This document shows, in pieces, positions 18,755 through 29,020 of a DNA stretch of 61,976 nucleotides; within the stretch, counting starts at the first letter, position 1, and each line of letters starts with the position of its first letter. The notes under the pieces are model-generated. The model was given only the letters and a program-made list of their open reading frames with translations. It had not been told where the DNA came from and did no database searches. Location of the stretch: assembly GCA_038883715.1 (NCBI GenBank), contig JAVZLS010000008.1, positions 1-61,976 of the forward strand, read 5' to 3'. The translations under genes and the position numbers were made by a program. Source of the stretch: Candidatus Bathyarchaeia archaeon. Lineage in GTDB: Archaea; Thermoproteota; Bathyarchaeia; Bathyarchaeales; Bathycorpusculaceae.

Positions 18755-19180
18755 TTATAAGTGCCTAACAGAGGATTTTGCGCCGCAAGCCTCACAGACG
18801 AGGAAGGATAGGCGCTTCTCCTTCACAATTTTTGTGTCCGGACGCTTGCAAACTGGACATGTAACAAAGGTTTCCATATATCTTTGGAGGAGTCTCTCTA
18901 TGGTTTCTCTTGGAAACTTGCCTTGAAAAATAACTCGTGACTCCTGCATTATCGCCGCCGTCGCCAACTCTCCCGTCAGAAACTTTAAAATGTGCTGGGG
19001 GTCTCGGTTCAATGTTTCAGCAATCTCTTTAAAATTGTGCACTATTGTGCGCATACCCACAACCGTGTAATGGAGGCTTGGAATTTCCAGTCTCTCCCGT
19101 TTTGAGGTCACTTCCGGAAGTTGGGAACGCGCCCTTTTAAGCAGCGCTTCATAGTCATATTTCATTGATGGTTGCTCCAA
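18755..19180 (-). CDS. eif2b: Translation initiation factor aIF-2 beta subunit
   Basis: YEALLKRA; LNRDPQH; CPVCKRPDT..CEACGA zinc ribbon. Confidence 0.96.
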   Translation of the reverse strand: MEQPSMKYDYEALLKRARSQLPEVTSKRERLEIPSLHYTVVGMRTIVHNFKEIAETLNRDPQHILKFLTGELATAAIMQESRVIFQGKFPRETIERLLQRYMETFVTCPVCKRPDTKIVKEKRLSFLVCEACGAKSSVRHL

Positions 19181-19253
19181 GAAACATGAAAGGAATCATT
19201 CTATTTAAAACTTAATACGCCAAAACAATGAAACATAATGGAAGGGAAATTGT

Positions 19254-19766
19254 TTGGGCTACATCTACCTCTACACCGGAACCGGCGCCGGAAAGACAAC
19301 AAACGCTTTAGGTTTAGCCTTACGTTCCATAGGGCACAAGCACAAAGTGGTTATAATTCAGTTCTTGAAATGGTGGAAAAACACCGGAGAATACAAAATT
19401 AGGAAGATGCTAGCACCCTACTATGAGATTTACCAATTTGGTCGCAAGGGGTGGCATGGACTGAGCAATCTAGGCAAAGAAGACAAGAAACTGGCTAAGA
19501 AAGCGTTAAAATTTGCAGAAAAAATTGTTAAGGAGAAAAAGCCCCACTTGCTTGTCTTGGACGAGATTAATTTGGCACTGCACTGCAAACTTCTAGACGT
19601 AAAAGAGGTTTTGGAATTTTTGGACAAAATTCCAAAGAGAACAGATGTTGTTTTGACTGGGCGGTATGCTCCAAAAGAGTTGATTGATAGAGCCGAGTTT
19701 GTAAACGAGATTGTTGACATTAAGCATCCAGCCGAAATGGTTACAACAAAGGGCATACAATACTGA
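19254..19766 (+). CDS. cobO: ATP:cob(I)alamin adenosyltransferase (CobA/CobO/BtuR family)
   Basis: YTGTGAGKTTNALG; IIQFLK; LVLDEI; VLTGR; KGIQY. Confidence 0.9.
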   Translation: MGYIYLYTGTGAGKTTNALGLALRSIGHKHKVVIIQFLKWWKNTGEYKIRKMLAPYYEIYQFGRKGWHGLSNLGKEDKKLAKKALKFAEKIVKEKKPHLLVLDEINLALHCKLLDVKEVLEFLDKIPKRTDVVLTGRYAPKELIDRAEFVNEIVDIKHPAEMVTTKGIQY

Positions 19767-19787
19767 AATCGGCTTGAGGGTTTTGAG

Positions 19788-20597
19788 TTGAGCGAAGAAG
19801 ACGAACCAATTTTCACGCCACAAGATTTCATCCGTTACATAGCGGAGGTTAAAAAGCTCCCCATAAGCGTAATAAAAGTCCCGGAACGCCTTTTAATCAC
19901 GTACCAGAGAAGCGCATACGAATATGCAAAGTCCCTTATCAATGGCAAACTCCTTGAATGGTGGATTTATGGAGAAAACCAGCCCTTCTGCGTGGGAAAA
20001 TTTAACGATGTGGAAGTTGGGTTGGGACGTTTCTGGATTGGCGCCCCAGCCGCCGCAACAACATTAGAAGAGGTGATTGCTTGTGGTGCAAAGGAAATAT
20101 TCGAGGTTGGGTTATCTGGGGGCTTGCAGCAGTTCCTAAAGCCAGGCGACATTATTGTGGTGACCGAGGCGATACGGGATGAAGGGACATCGCACCACTA
20201 TTTTCCGCCCGAAGTGAAAGTTGAATCCTCCGAAGATTTGAGGAATAGGCTACTCAAGCAGCTAAACGCGGATGGTGTCAAACACTATTGTGGCAAGGTT
20301 TGGTCAACGGACGGTGTTTATAGGGAAACCCGCCGAAAATTCCTCAAATTTAAGAGGGCCGAAGTTTTAGCCGTAAACATGGAAACGTCAGCCATCTTTG
20401 CAGTTTCAAAATATCGAGGCGTTAGGGCAGCCTCTATGCAAGTCATATCGGATGTTTTATCCGAAACCGGCTGGCTTCCAGCCTTCGAACATGAAACAGT
20501 TAAGGAAGGCGTAAAAATTGCAATTAACACTGTTTTGAAGACATTTTCAAAAGGCTGGTTGAAAAGCTTAAAGGCTGCTCGACAGTTTAATGCTTAA
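19788..20597 (+). CDS. Nucleoside phosphorylase (PNP/UDP family)
   Basis: IGAPAA; AIRDEGTSHHY; WSTDGVYRET; VNMETSA; ISD. Confidence 0.88.
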   Translation: MSEEDEPIFTPQDFIRYIAEVKKLPISVIKVPERLLITYQRSAYEYAKSLINGKLLEWWIYGENQPFCVGKFNDVEVGLGRFWIGAPAAATTLEEVIACGAKEIFEVGLSGGLQQFLKPGDIIVVTEAIRDEGTSHHYFPPEVKVESSEDLRNRLLKQLNADGVKHYCGKVWSTDGVYRETRRKFLKFKRAEVLAVNMETSAIFAVSKYRGVRAASMQVISDVLSETGWLPAFEHETVKEGVKIAINTVLKTFSKGWLKSLKAARQFNA

Positions 20598-22014
20598 TTC
20601 TCAATGGTGGAAAAACTTGAAAGGGAAAGGTCACCCATATATTCCAAACTCTAACCCCAAAGTTAAGCAGGAAATAATGAAAGAGGTAGGCATAAAAAAC
20701 ATTGATGAACTCTATGCAGACATTCCAGAAAAACATTTTCTCAAAAAGCCGCTGGACCTTCCTGAAGCCCTATCGGAGTTTGAGGTTAAAAGGCGTGTTG
20801 AAGCCTTGCTATCAAAGAACAAGACATGCGAAGATATGCCAGTTTTCTTGGGTGCTGGATGCTGGCCCCATTATGTGCCAGCCGCGGTAAAAGAAATAGT
20901 CCAAAGAAGCGAGTTCCTAACTTCTTACACACCTTATCAGCCTGAAATTTCGCAGGGCATGCTTCAGGCTCTCTTTGAGTATCAGAGCATGATTTGCGAA
21001 TTAACAGCCATGGATATTGCCAACTGCTCCATGTATGATTGGGCTTCAGCCCTAGGCGAAGCAGCCCGCATGGCTTCAAGAGTCACTAGACGAAATGAAA
21101 TACTTGTTCCAAGAATTATCCATCCGGAGAGGAAAGCAACTCTTCAAACCTATATTGAACCAGCTGATATAAGCATAAAGGAGATAGCCTACAACCCCGA
21201 AACTGGACAGCTGGACCTAAAAGATTTAGAAAACAAAATCTCTGACAGAACAGCCGCCGTTTACATAGAAAACCCATCTTACTTGGGATTTATTGAAGAG
21301 CATGTTGACGAGATAGGCAGCCTAGCCCACAAGCATGGCGCCCTCTTCATAGTTGGTGTTGACCCAACATCCCTTGGAATCTTTAAGCCTCCAGGCGAAT
21401 ATGGCGCAGACATAGTGGTCGGCGAGGCTCAGCCCCTTGGAAACCTCATGAATTTCGGCGGCCCTCTTTTAGGTATTTTTGCTTGTCGTGATGACTTGAA
21501 CCTTGTTAGGCAGATGCCCGGGCGCATCATAGGCTTAACAACGACCACTGATGGGGGCAAGCATGGGTTCTGTATGGTTTTGCAAACCCGTGAACAGCAC
21601 ATTAGAAGAGAGAAGGCCACCTCAAACATATGCTCCAATGAAGCCTTGTGTGCTGTAGCTTCAGCTGTTTACATGGCTCTGTTGGGTCCTCAAGGCTTGA
21701 GGGAGCTTGGCGAAACGATAATGTATAGAGCCAATTATGCCATACGCCTCCTTTCAAGTATAAAGGGCATAAGAGCTCCACTTTTCAAATCCCTGCACTT
21801 CAAGGAGTTCACCGTAAACTTTGATGATGCTGGCTTAAGCGTTAAAGACGTCAATCAGAAGCTTCTGAGCATGGGGGTCCACGGAGGCAAGGACATTTCA
21901 AAAGAGTTTCCAGAACTTGGCCAAACAGCCCTGTACTGCGTGACCGAAATTCATTCCAAAGAGGATATAGACCTTCTTGCAAAATCGCTTGAGAAAATCA
22001 TCCAAAAGAGGTGA
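20590..22014 (+). CDS. gcvPA: Glycine dehydrogenase (decarboxylating) subunit 1
   Basis: FLGAG; EFLTSYTPYQPEISQGMLQ; TREQHIRREKATSNICSN. Confidence 0.96.
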   Translation: MLNSQWWKNLKGKGHPYIPNSNPKVKQEIMKEVGIKNIDELYADIPEKHFLKKPLDLPEALSEFEVKRRVEALLSKNKTCEDMPVFLGAGCWPHYVPAAVKEIVQRSEFLTSYTPYQPEISQGMLQALFEYQSMICELTAMDIANCSMYDWASALGEAARMASRVTRRNEILVPRIIHPERKATLQTYIEPADISIKEIAYNPETGQLDLKDLENKISDRTAAVYIENPSYLGFIEEHVDEIGSLAHKHGALFIVGVDPTSLGIFKPPGEYGADIVVGEAQPLGNLMNFGGPLLGIFACRDDLNLVRQMPGRIIGLTTTTDGGKHGFCMVLQTREQHIRREKATSNICSNEALCAVASAVYMALLGPQGLRELGETIMYRANYAIRLLSSIKGIRAPLFKSLHFKEFTVNFDDAGLSVKDVNQKLLSMGVHGGKDISKEFPELGQTALYCVTEIHSKEDIDLLAKSLEKIIQKR

Positions 22015-22020
22015 AAATAG

Positions 22021-23553
22021 ATGTTTAGGCAAGCTCGATGGGATGAACCAATAATTTTTAATCTTGGAAAAGCTGGACGAGTAGGCTACACTTTGCCAAG
22101 GGTTGAGGAGGATGTTAAAAGGGCTGTCGGCGACTTGTACACGTTGATTCCCGAAAACTTACAAAGGAAAGATGCGCCTAGGCTTCCGGAGCTTTCGGAG
22201 CCTGAGGTTGTTCGCCATTTTATTCGGCTTTCGGAGATGAATTATGGTGTTGATTCTGGGCTTTATCCTCTTGGAAGCTGTACAATGAAGTATAACCCGA
22301 AAATAAACGAGTTTTTGGCTGGTTTGCCAAAATTGGGCATGCTCCATCCATATCAGGATGAGAGCACAGTGCAGGGCATCTTGGAAATCCTTTATGGGCT
22401 TGAGCGTTGGCTTGCTGAAATAACGGGAACAGCCGAAGTTTGTTTGCAGCCGTCCGCTGGCGCGCATGGAGAGTTTTTAGGAGTTTGCATAATGCGTGCC
22501 TATCATAAGCTGAATGGCGAACTTGAAAGGCGGAAAGACGTGCTTGTCCCTGATTCTGCTCATGGAACTAATCCGGCAAGTGCGGCTATGGCCGGCTTTA
22601 ATGTTGTTGTAATTCCATCTGACGCGGATGGTTGCGTGGACATAGAAGCCTTGAAAGCGGCTGTTTCTGATAGGACTGCGGGTTTGATGCTGACGAACCC
22701 GAACACCCTTGGAATATTTGAGAAGAACATTGAGGAGATAGCCAAAATCGTCCACGAAGCTGGCGGACTCCTCTACTATGATGGGGCAAACCTAAACCCG
22801 ATACTTTGTAAGGTTAGGCCAGGCGACATGGGTTTCGACATAGTCCACATAAACATCCACAAGACTTTTGGCACGCCTCATGGCGGCGGAGGCCCAGGCG
22901 CTGGTCCAGTAGGCGTTACTGAAGAGTTAGCCAAGTTCCTGCCGGTTCCAAGAATCGTTTTTGATGGTGAACGCTACCGCCTAGACTATGATAGGCCCTA
23001 CAGCATTGGCAAAATTAGATGTTTTTATGGGAATGTTGCCGTTTTGTTGAAGGCTTACGCCTACATTCTCAGTCTTGGACGAGAAGGCTTAAAGGAGGTT
23101 GCAGAAATTTCTGTTTTAAATGCAAATTATGTTTTGCGAAAGTTTAAAGAAATTGAGGGCTTGGCGCTCCCCTACGACAGTGAGAAACCCAGAAAGCATG
23201 AGTGCGTTTTTAGTGCCAAGCCGTTGAAGAACAAGACTGGGGTTTCAGCTCTAAACATTGCTAAACGCCTACTAGATTACGGGCTTCATGCGCCAACAAT
23301 CTATTTTCCACTAATTGTTGAGGAAGCCCTAATGATTGAACCGACAGAAACCGCTGAAAAGGAGGAGCTTGACCGCTTCATAGAGGCTGTGCGGGAAATC
23401 TGCAAGGAAGCCCATGAAAAACCAGAACAAGTCTTAAAAGCGCCGCACAACGCTGCCGTTCAAAGGCTTGACGAGGTTAAGGCTTCCCATCCCCAAACAA
23501 TGACTTTAAGTTGGCGGATGTACCAGAAAAAACTAGCTGCCAAAAACCCATAA
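22021..23553 (+). CDS. gcvPB: Glycine dehydrogenase (decarboxylating) subunit 2
   Basis: YPLGSCTMKYNP; SAHGTNPASA; NIHKTFGTPHGGGGPG (PLP Lys); MIEPTET. Confidence 0.96.
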   Translation: MFRQARWDEPIIFNLGKAGRVGYTLPRVEEDVKRAVGDLYTLIPENLQRKDAPRLPELSEPEVVRHFIRLSEMNYGVDSGLYPLGSCTMKYNPKINEFLAGLPKLGMLHPYQDESTVQGILEILYGLERWLAEITGTAEVCLQPSAGAHGEFLGVCIMRAYHKLNGELERRKDVLVPDSAHGTNPASAAMAGFNVVVIPSDADGCVDIEALKAAVSDRTAGLMLTNPNTLGIFEKNIEEIAKIVHEAGGLLYYDGANLNPILCKVRPGDMGFDIVHINIHKTFGTPHGGGGPGAGPVGVTEELAKFLPVPRIVFDGERYRLDYDRPYSIGKIRCFYGNVAVLLKAYAYILSLGREGLKEVAEISVLNANYVLRKFKEIEGLALPYDSEKPRKHECVFSAKPLKNKTGVSALNIAKRLLDYGLHAPTIYFPLIVEEALMIEPTETAEKEELDRFIEAVREICKEAHEKPEQVLKAPHNAAVQRLDEVKASHPQTMTLSWRMYQKKLAAKNP

Positions 23554-23894
23554 CCTTTTATATGGTGTCCTCACTTTATTTCCGAGAAAATTTGGATGTG
23601 TCAGGTTTGAATGAGCTGGAAAGCAAAGTGTATGAAGCTGTTGGCAGGGTTGTCGATCCAGAAACTGGAATGACGTTTGCAGAGATGCACATGATTAAAA
23701 GCGTTAAGGAAGAAGAACCTGGCGTTGTTAAGGTCGAGTTTATCCCTTCCAGTCCCTTCTGCCCAATAGCCTTCAAACTAGCCATGGACATTAAGCGGGA
23801 AGCCCTAAAAGTTCCCGGCGTCAAAAGGGCGCTGGTTTATTGCCGCGGGCACATGATGGAGCAACAGATTAACGAGGCAACAAATAAGGAATAA
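23511..23894 (+). CDS. DUF59 / FeS assembly (MIP18-like) protein
   Basis: VVDPETG; SPFCP; true start probably near 23591-23609. Confidence 0.85.
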   Translation: MADVPEKTSCQKPITFYMVSSLYFRENLDVSGLNELESKVYEAVGRVVDPETGMTFAEMHMIKSVKEEEPGVVKVEFIPSSPFCPIAFKLAMDIKREALKVPGVKRALVYCRGHMMEQQINEATNKE

Positions 23895-23937
23895 GCGAAC
23901 GTTCACCCTATTCTATTGTCCAGCGAGCGTTAGCATC

Positions 23938-24804
23938 ATGTGTGTTAAAGGCGAGCATGAAATATACTGCTGCGGCGCCCGCGTACGCATCTCAGATAAA
24001 GGCGTAGAAGTTTTAAGCGAACCATTGATCGAGTATTGCCCCCTCCACGAGGCACTTTACGGCACGAAAAAGATTGATGTTGAGGCTGTGAGGAAAAGTG
24101 TTGAAATGAAGATTGTAGGCTTTGGCTTCTGCTGTGGAAACCGCATCTTCAACGACGAGCCGATTGTGGCTTATGGGGCTTCTGAAATGATGCGTGTCTG
24201 GCTGGAAAAGGGACTTATTGACTGTGCGGTTGTTGTCGGCGAGGGCGCTGGCACAGTGATATCTTCTAATGGGAGGCTTGTGCAAGCCATCGGCGCCCGC
24301 CTAACCGGAATAGTGAAGACCTCGCCAATACCCGAAATAATCCGGAAAATCAAAAGTGAAGGCGGGATAGTTCTTGACGAGGCAACCGCCTCCATCGACC
24401 AAGCGAATGGAGTGAAAAGGGCTTTAGATTTGGGGTTTAGGCGCATCGCCGTGAGCGTGGCTGGTTTCCAATCGAAGGTTATAAGCGAGATTAGGAAAAT
24501 TGAGGCTGATGCAAAAGCCGACGTTTTAATTTTTTCAGTCTGCAACACATGTGTTGGCAAGGCATATGTGGAGCACATAGCTAGGGCTGATGTTGTTTGT
24601 GCTAGCGCTTCGAGAATACTTCGAGAGGAAATTGGCAAAAAGGCGATACTGCAGTTGGGCGTGACAATACCTGTTTACGCCTTGACGGATAAGGGGAAAC
24701 GCCTCGTTCTGGCTTACCTAGCGGAGTTTAAAGATAGACTTGTCATTTTTAGAGCCGGTAAACTTCCCTACGAGGTAGAGGGGAAGGGACCGCGATTTAA
24801 ATAA
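23938..24804 (+). CDS. DUF2099 family protein (methanogenesis marker 8-like)
   Basis: EPLIEYCPL; YGASE; EGAGTVI; SPIPEI; IDQANGV; ADVVCASAS. Confidence 0.8.
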   Translation: MCVKGEHEIYCCGARVRISDKGVEVLSEPLIEYCPLHEALYGTKKIDVEAVRKSVEMKIVGFGFCCGNRIFNDEPIVAYGASEMMRVWLEKGLIDCAVVVGEGAGTVISSNGRLVQAIGARLTGIVKTSPIPEIIRKIKSEGGIVLDEATASIDQANGVKRALDLGFRRIAVSVAGFQSKVISEIRKIEADAKADVLIFSVCNTCVGKAYVEHIARADVVCASASRILREEIGKKAILQLGVTIPVYALTDKGKRLVLAYLAEFKDRLVIFRAGKLPYEVEGKGPRFK

Positions 24805-24870
24805 CCAAAATGCTTAAGTGAAGAGTCGTCAATATGTTTCTGCAACAGATGTAAAGGTGTTGATTTAGGT

Positions 24871-25347
24871 TTGGCAGTTGAAGGCTTTTCGGGAGGCAGA
24901 AAACCAGTAGACGTGAAAGTAGGCGAACTAACCCCCGCCTCAAGGGCTGTAAACGTGAAGGCAAAAGTTGTCTCAAAAAGCGAAGTTAGAAATGTGGCTT
25001 CTGGAAGGGACGGGGCACCCCACAAGGTCTGCGACGCCCTAATAGGCGACGAGACGGGATGTATTTACCTAACCTTATGGGACGACAACATAGCCAAAGT
25101 CAGAGAAGGCGAAACAATAAGCATAGGAAACGGTTACGTAACCCTATTCAAGGGGAGCATGCGTTTAAACGTGGGCAGATATGGCACACTTGAGGTCGCA
25201 AAAGAAGCATTAACCGTTGAGGTGAACACACAAAACAATCTTTCATCGAAGGTTTACGAGCAGCAAAGACGACCATTCAGGGGAAGAGGCGGAAGAGACT
25301 TCGGCGGAAGGGAAAGAAGAGGCGGGTTCCGCCAAAGAAGATACTAA
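24871..25347 (+). CDS. ssb: Single-stranded DNA-binding protein (single OB fold, crenarchaeal type)
   Basis: VNVKAKVVSK; IGDETGCIYLTLWD; LNVGRYG; Arg/Gly-rich tail. Confidence 0.9.
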   Translation: MAVEGFSGGRKPVDVKVGELTPASRAVNVKAKVVSKSEVRNVASGRDGAPHKVCDALIGDETGCIYLTLWDDNIAKVREGETISIGNGYVTLFKGSMRLNVGRYGTLEVAKEALTVEVNTQNNLSSKVYEQQRRPFRGRGGRDFGGRERRGGFRQRRY

Positions 25348-25394
25348 CAACCGGAGCCGCATCAAGTAATTATCGTAAACCCTTTTGTTAGCCT

Positions 25395-26174
25395 CTATTT
25401 TCTCCGCAACACAGTAATCGGTCTGTTAAATCTTTCAGCCTTTTCGAGAGGCTGTTTTAAATCAAAATTGTTGAACCAGCCAACAAACTCAAATTTGCCA
25501 TTCCTTTCAAGGAGTTCAATAAACTCTTGTGGAAAAATTAGCTTGCCAACCTTTTCGGTCACAAAAACCTTCGTTTTTCCCTTTTCAATAACTTCGAGGG
25601 TTATCTTCTCAACTATTTTCTGCTCCACATAACTTAGCGGTGCAACACTCCAAGCCACATTTATAATAAGCCCGTCTTTTATCACAGTCCAGCTTTCCCC
25701 TCCAAGCCTCGTCCAGTCGAATTGAATGCAACCATTTAAAAGGTATAAGCCGCCTTTTTCCAGGCATGCGGCCACAGAATCTAAATGTGTGAGAAGTTCC
25801 TTGTTGGTTTCAACGGTCAGGGAGCCGAGCATACAGAAGGCGAAATCAAAGCTTCCTTTAACCTTAAAGTTGCGCATGTCTGCATGAATAACCTCTATTT
25901 CAACGCCAGCCTTCTTCGCCTTCTCCAGGGAATATTTTAGCATAGGCTTGCTTATGTCCAAACCGGCAAAGGAGTAGCCTCGCTTAATAAGCTCTAACAT
26001 GTAGGGGCTCGGGCCACATCCAACGTCGAGGACTCGTTTAACCTTAATTTTTGAAAATCTTCTAATACACTCTTCGAAGAAGTCAACCTCTCTGGCTATG
26101 TCCCGAAAGCCGAAGGCAACATCATAATAAAACGGATTTTCGTATACCTCTGGATAAGTTTCTCGCTTCGCCAT
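25395..26174 (-). CDS. Class I SAM-dependent methyltransferase
   Basis: VLDVGCGP; GLDIS; ADMRNF; FDFAFC. Confidence 0.9.
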   Translation of the reverse strand: MAKRETYPEVYENPFYYDVAFGFRDIAREVDFFEECIRRFSKIKVKRVLDVGCGPSPYMLELIKRGYSFAGLDISKPMLKYSLEKAKKAGVEIEVIHADMRNFKVKGSFDFAFCMLGSLTVETNKELLTHLDSVAACLEKGGLYLLNGCIQFDWTRLGGESWTVIKDGLIINVAWSVAPLSYVEQKIVEKITLEVIEKGKTKVFVTEKVGKLIFPQEFIELLERNGKFEFVGWFNNFDLKQPLEKAERFNRPITVLRRK

Positions 26175-26219
26175 AAGCTCTCAAAGAGGATAATTAGCCG
26201 GAACGCGGATTTAAAGACT

Positions 26220-26555
26220 TCAATTAGCCTTCTCCTCAAAGACTTTTCTAGCTTCATTCAAGTATTCCAAAAAGCCAAAATCTTTCTTTGCATGAAATTC
26301 CATTCCAAGCTTACTGTACAAGCTCTTAATAATCGCCTTTTCAATAACTTCCGCACCGGAGCCAAAAATGCTTCTAAGGCATTCTACAAAAATTTCTGGG
26401 CTGCCGGGGATATCTTCCTTCTCAAGGGCGTAAGACTGTTTTAGGCGAAAATATATGACTTCCCTCCCGTTTTCCCCCAGCATGAGTAACCCTTCATGGA
26501 CAGCTTCCACTAAAGCCCTCCTAAAGGCTTCTGTTCTCTGGGTCACCATGCCCAC
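26220..26555 (-). CDS. Small helical protein (DUF3227/NitrOD5-like)
   Basis: AVHEGL..LG..VIYFRL; FVECLRSIFGSGAEVIEK. Confidence 0.65.
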   Translation of the reverse strand: MGMVTQRTEAFRRALVEAVHEGLLMLGENGREVIYFRLKQSYALEKEDIPGSPEIFVECLRSIFGSGAEVIEKAIIKSLYSKLGMEFHAKKDFGFLEYLNEARKVFEEKAN

Positions 26556-26556
26556 C

Positions 26557-27312
26557 TCAAAACTCTTTGGCGTGAACGTAGAAAGCTATCAAAAAGAATA
26601 GATATGCGAGGTCAAAGAGGGCGTCAAGCATATGTCCACTATAATAAGTGCCTTGCGCGGTTGTCCAGCTGAACAATATGTCGGCGCAAGCGTTCATCAA
26701 TATGGCTGCATTAATTAAAAGCCACGACTTTCCTAGTTTCCCCTTCCAGAAAATTATGAGACCCAAAAGTGCCAAAGAAAACAAAGTGAGGTCGAGGATT
26801 GGATAGGCAAAGTCCATAACCGCTGCTGTCGGGTTCTCTTCAGCTGTTAAAACTGGTGTTAGCAGCACACTCGTGACCAATATTGTTAGTGCAGCAGTTA
26901 TACACATGGATAACGCAAGCATTTTCTTTGTTAATGTGCCGCCAAACAATTTAACGTAAAGATATAAAGCGGTGAAGAAGGGAATGTATCCGCCTATCCA
27001 AAAAATGTCGGCGATGGACGGATAGGGCAGCTCAACGCCAAGCACCAGCGTGTATCCAGCCCAAACTGCTTCTCCAACAAACCAGAGGAAAAGCCCGCAC
27101 GTGAAATAAAGCCAAATAACAGAAAATCGTCCTTTTGCCTTTCTCCAATACCTCTCCAGAGACAAACCAGACACAACAACCGCTGCACCAGCTATAACGG
27201 GCGGAAAAGCGTTGGAAAAAACGCCGATAAAATCCGGATAAAACCCTTGAAGGGCATAAATTAGTATCAGCCCAACTGTTAGTAGTAGACCAGCCTTGTA
27301 AATCCCCAGCAC
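26557..27312 (-). CDS. Polytopic membrane protein resembling sensor-kinase membrane input domains
   Basis: About 7-8 TM; LWFVGE..W; PYPSIADIFW..GY; AYPILD; ADILF. Confidence 0.75.
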   Translation of the reverse strand: MLGIYKAGLLLTVGLILIYALQGFYPDFIGVFSNAFPPVIAGAAVVVSGLSLERYWRKAKGRFSVIWLYFTCGLFLWFVGEAVWAGYTLVLGVELPYPSIADIFWIGGYIPFFTALYLYVKLFGGTLTKKMLALSMCITAALTILVTSVLLTPVLTAEENPTAAVMDFAYPILDLTLFSLALLGLIIFWKGKLGKSWLLINAAILMNACADILFSWTTAQGTYYSGHMLDALFDLAYLFFLIAFYVHAKEF

Positions 27313-27513
27313 TCATGTGTCCTCCTTGAAGGGGGCGTGATGCGTGGCTCGTTTGCACGCGGATTTCTCGGAAGTGCGATGCTTGTCTTTGAGGAATGAT
27401 AAATACGGGGGTCCCCGCCCAAATATATAAGTTGTGAACAGCAAATCTGAATTGTAAAAGCTCATAATCTGAAGTTTAGGGCGTGGGTTTTTACCGCAAC
27501 CCTTAAAGCTCTA

Positions 27514-28944
27514 GTGCACGAAACAAAACATCTCCATCGAAGAAAAGGAGAAGATTATAGTATGTGCTCAGCTGGAAAGGAGGAGAGAAAACCAACAGTT
27601 GAAGAACTTCTTGCAAAGGCGAAAAAGCCGTCACAGCTTGCACCACCCATGCACAAGTTTTATGAAGGAAAGGTTCAAGTTATGCCAAAATGCGCCATAA
27701 CAAGCCCAGACGATTTCGCAATATGGTATACTCCTGGCGTTGCAGCTCCATGCAAAGAAATTCAGGCAAACCCGGAAAAAGTTTTTGAACTAACAAACCG
27801 TTGGAATTATGTGGCTGTTGTCTCCGACGGCACCCGTGTTTTGGGTTTGGGCGACATAGGTCCAGAGGCAGCCATGCCAGTCATGGAGGGAAAAGCCCTA
27901 CTCTTCAAGTATCTGGGCGGTGTTGACGCTTTCCCCATATGCCTAAAAACCAAAGACCCTGAAGAAATTGTCCGCGCCTGCGAGCTCGTAGAACCTTCAT
28001 TTGGCGGAATAAACCTGGAAGACATTGAAAAGCCCAAATGCTTCTACGTCCTAGAAGAAGCCCGAAAACGTCTGCAAATCCCGGTTTGGCACGACGACCA
28101 GCAGGGAACAGCCACAGTCATATTGGCTGGCTTAATCAACGCTTTCAAGATAGTCGGCAAAAAACCAAAAGAAAGCCTAATAACCCTAGTAGGCGCTGGA
28201 GCAGCCAACATCAGAACAGCCTACGTCCTAATAAGGTGGGGAGTAAAGCCTGGAAACATAATAATGGTGGACACAAAGGGCATAATCCACGCCGGAAGAA
28301 AAGACCTGTCAAAAGAGGAAGACCCATGGAAGTACGAGCTTGCCCAAATAACAAACGCTGAAGGCAGAACAGGCGACATAGCAGAAGCCTTCAAAGGCGT
28401 AGACGCCGTTGTGGCAGCATCAAAACCGGGACCAGGAACAATAAAGAAGGAGTGGGTTGCCACAATGGCGGACAACGCCATAATCTTCGCATGTGCAAAC
28501 CCAATACCAGAAATATGGCCTTGGGAAGCAAAAGAGGCCGGGGCACGCATTGTGGCAACTGGAAGAAGCGACTTTCCAAATCAAGTAAACAACAGTTTGG
28601 GCTTTCCGGCAATTTTCCGAGGGGTCTTGGACGTGAAGGCAAAAACGGTTACTGATGACATGTGCATTGCGGCTGCAGAGGAGCTTGCCAAGTTCGCCGA
28701 GGAAAGAGGAATACATGAAGACGACATACTGCCAAGAATGGAGGAGTGGGAAGTCTTCCCACGCGAGGCAGTGGCATGCGCCCTAAAATCCATAGAGCAA
28801 GGCGTAGCCAGAGTAAAACTCAGCAGACAAGAACTCTACGAAAGGGCAGTCTCAATAATAAAGAATGCTAGAGAAAGCCTAAAAGTGCTAATGAGGGAAG
28901 GATTGATAAAGAAGCCGCCTCCAGAAGAAAAATTGCTAATGTAA
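27514..28944 (+). CDS. NAD(P)-dependent malic enzyme
   Basis: YTPGVA; VLGLGDIG; PVMEGKA; INLEDI; HDDQQGTA; ATGRSDFPNQVNN; likely start ATG 27562. Confidence 0.95.
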   Translation: MHETKHLHRRKGEDYSMCSAGKEERKPTVEELLAKAKKPSQLAPPMHKFYEGKVQVMPKCAITSPDDFAIWYTPGVAAPCKEIQANPEKVFELTNRWNYVAVVSDGTRVLGLGDIGPEAAMPVMEGKALLFKYLGGVDAFPICLKTKDPEEIVRACELVEPSFGGINLEDIEKPKCFYVLEEARKRLQIPVWHDDQQGTATVILAGLINAFKIVGKKPKESLITLVGAGAANIRTAYVLIRWGVKPGNIIMVDTKGIIHAGRKDLSKEEDPWKYELAQITNAEGRTGDIAEAFKGVDAVVAASKPGPGTIKKEWVATMADNAIIFACANPIPEIWPWEAKEAGARIVATGRSDFPNQVNNSLGFPAIFRGVLDVKAKTVTDDMCIAAAEELAKFAEERGIHEDDILPRMEEWEVFPREAVACALKSIEQGVARVKLSRQELYERAVSIIKNARESLKVLMREGLIKKPPPEEKLLM

Positions 28945-29020
28945 ACGGTTAAAACGCCCAAAAATCTACTTTCTTTTTGGATTCTGTAGAAAATTATTTA
29001 AACTATTCCATGAGACATAG

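Noticed and set aside
16670-19180. aIF-2beta/DUF424/aIF-1A/RIO1/Dim2 cluster as a novel system
   Set aside because: Well-known conserved archaeal neighbourhood.
27318-27420. Short GC-rich hairpins upstream of the membrane sensor gene
   Set aside because: Stems of only 5-6 bp, compatible with chance; no recognisable RNA family.
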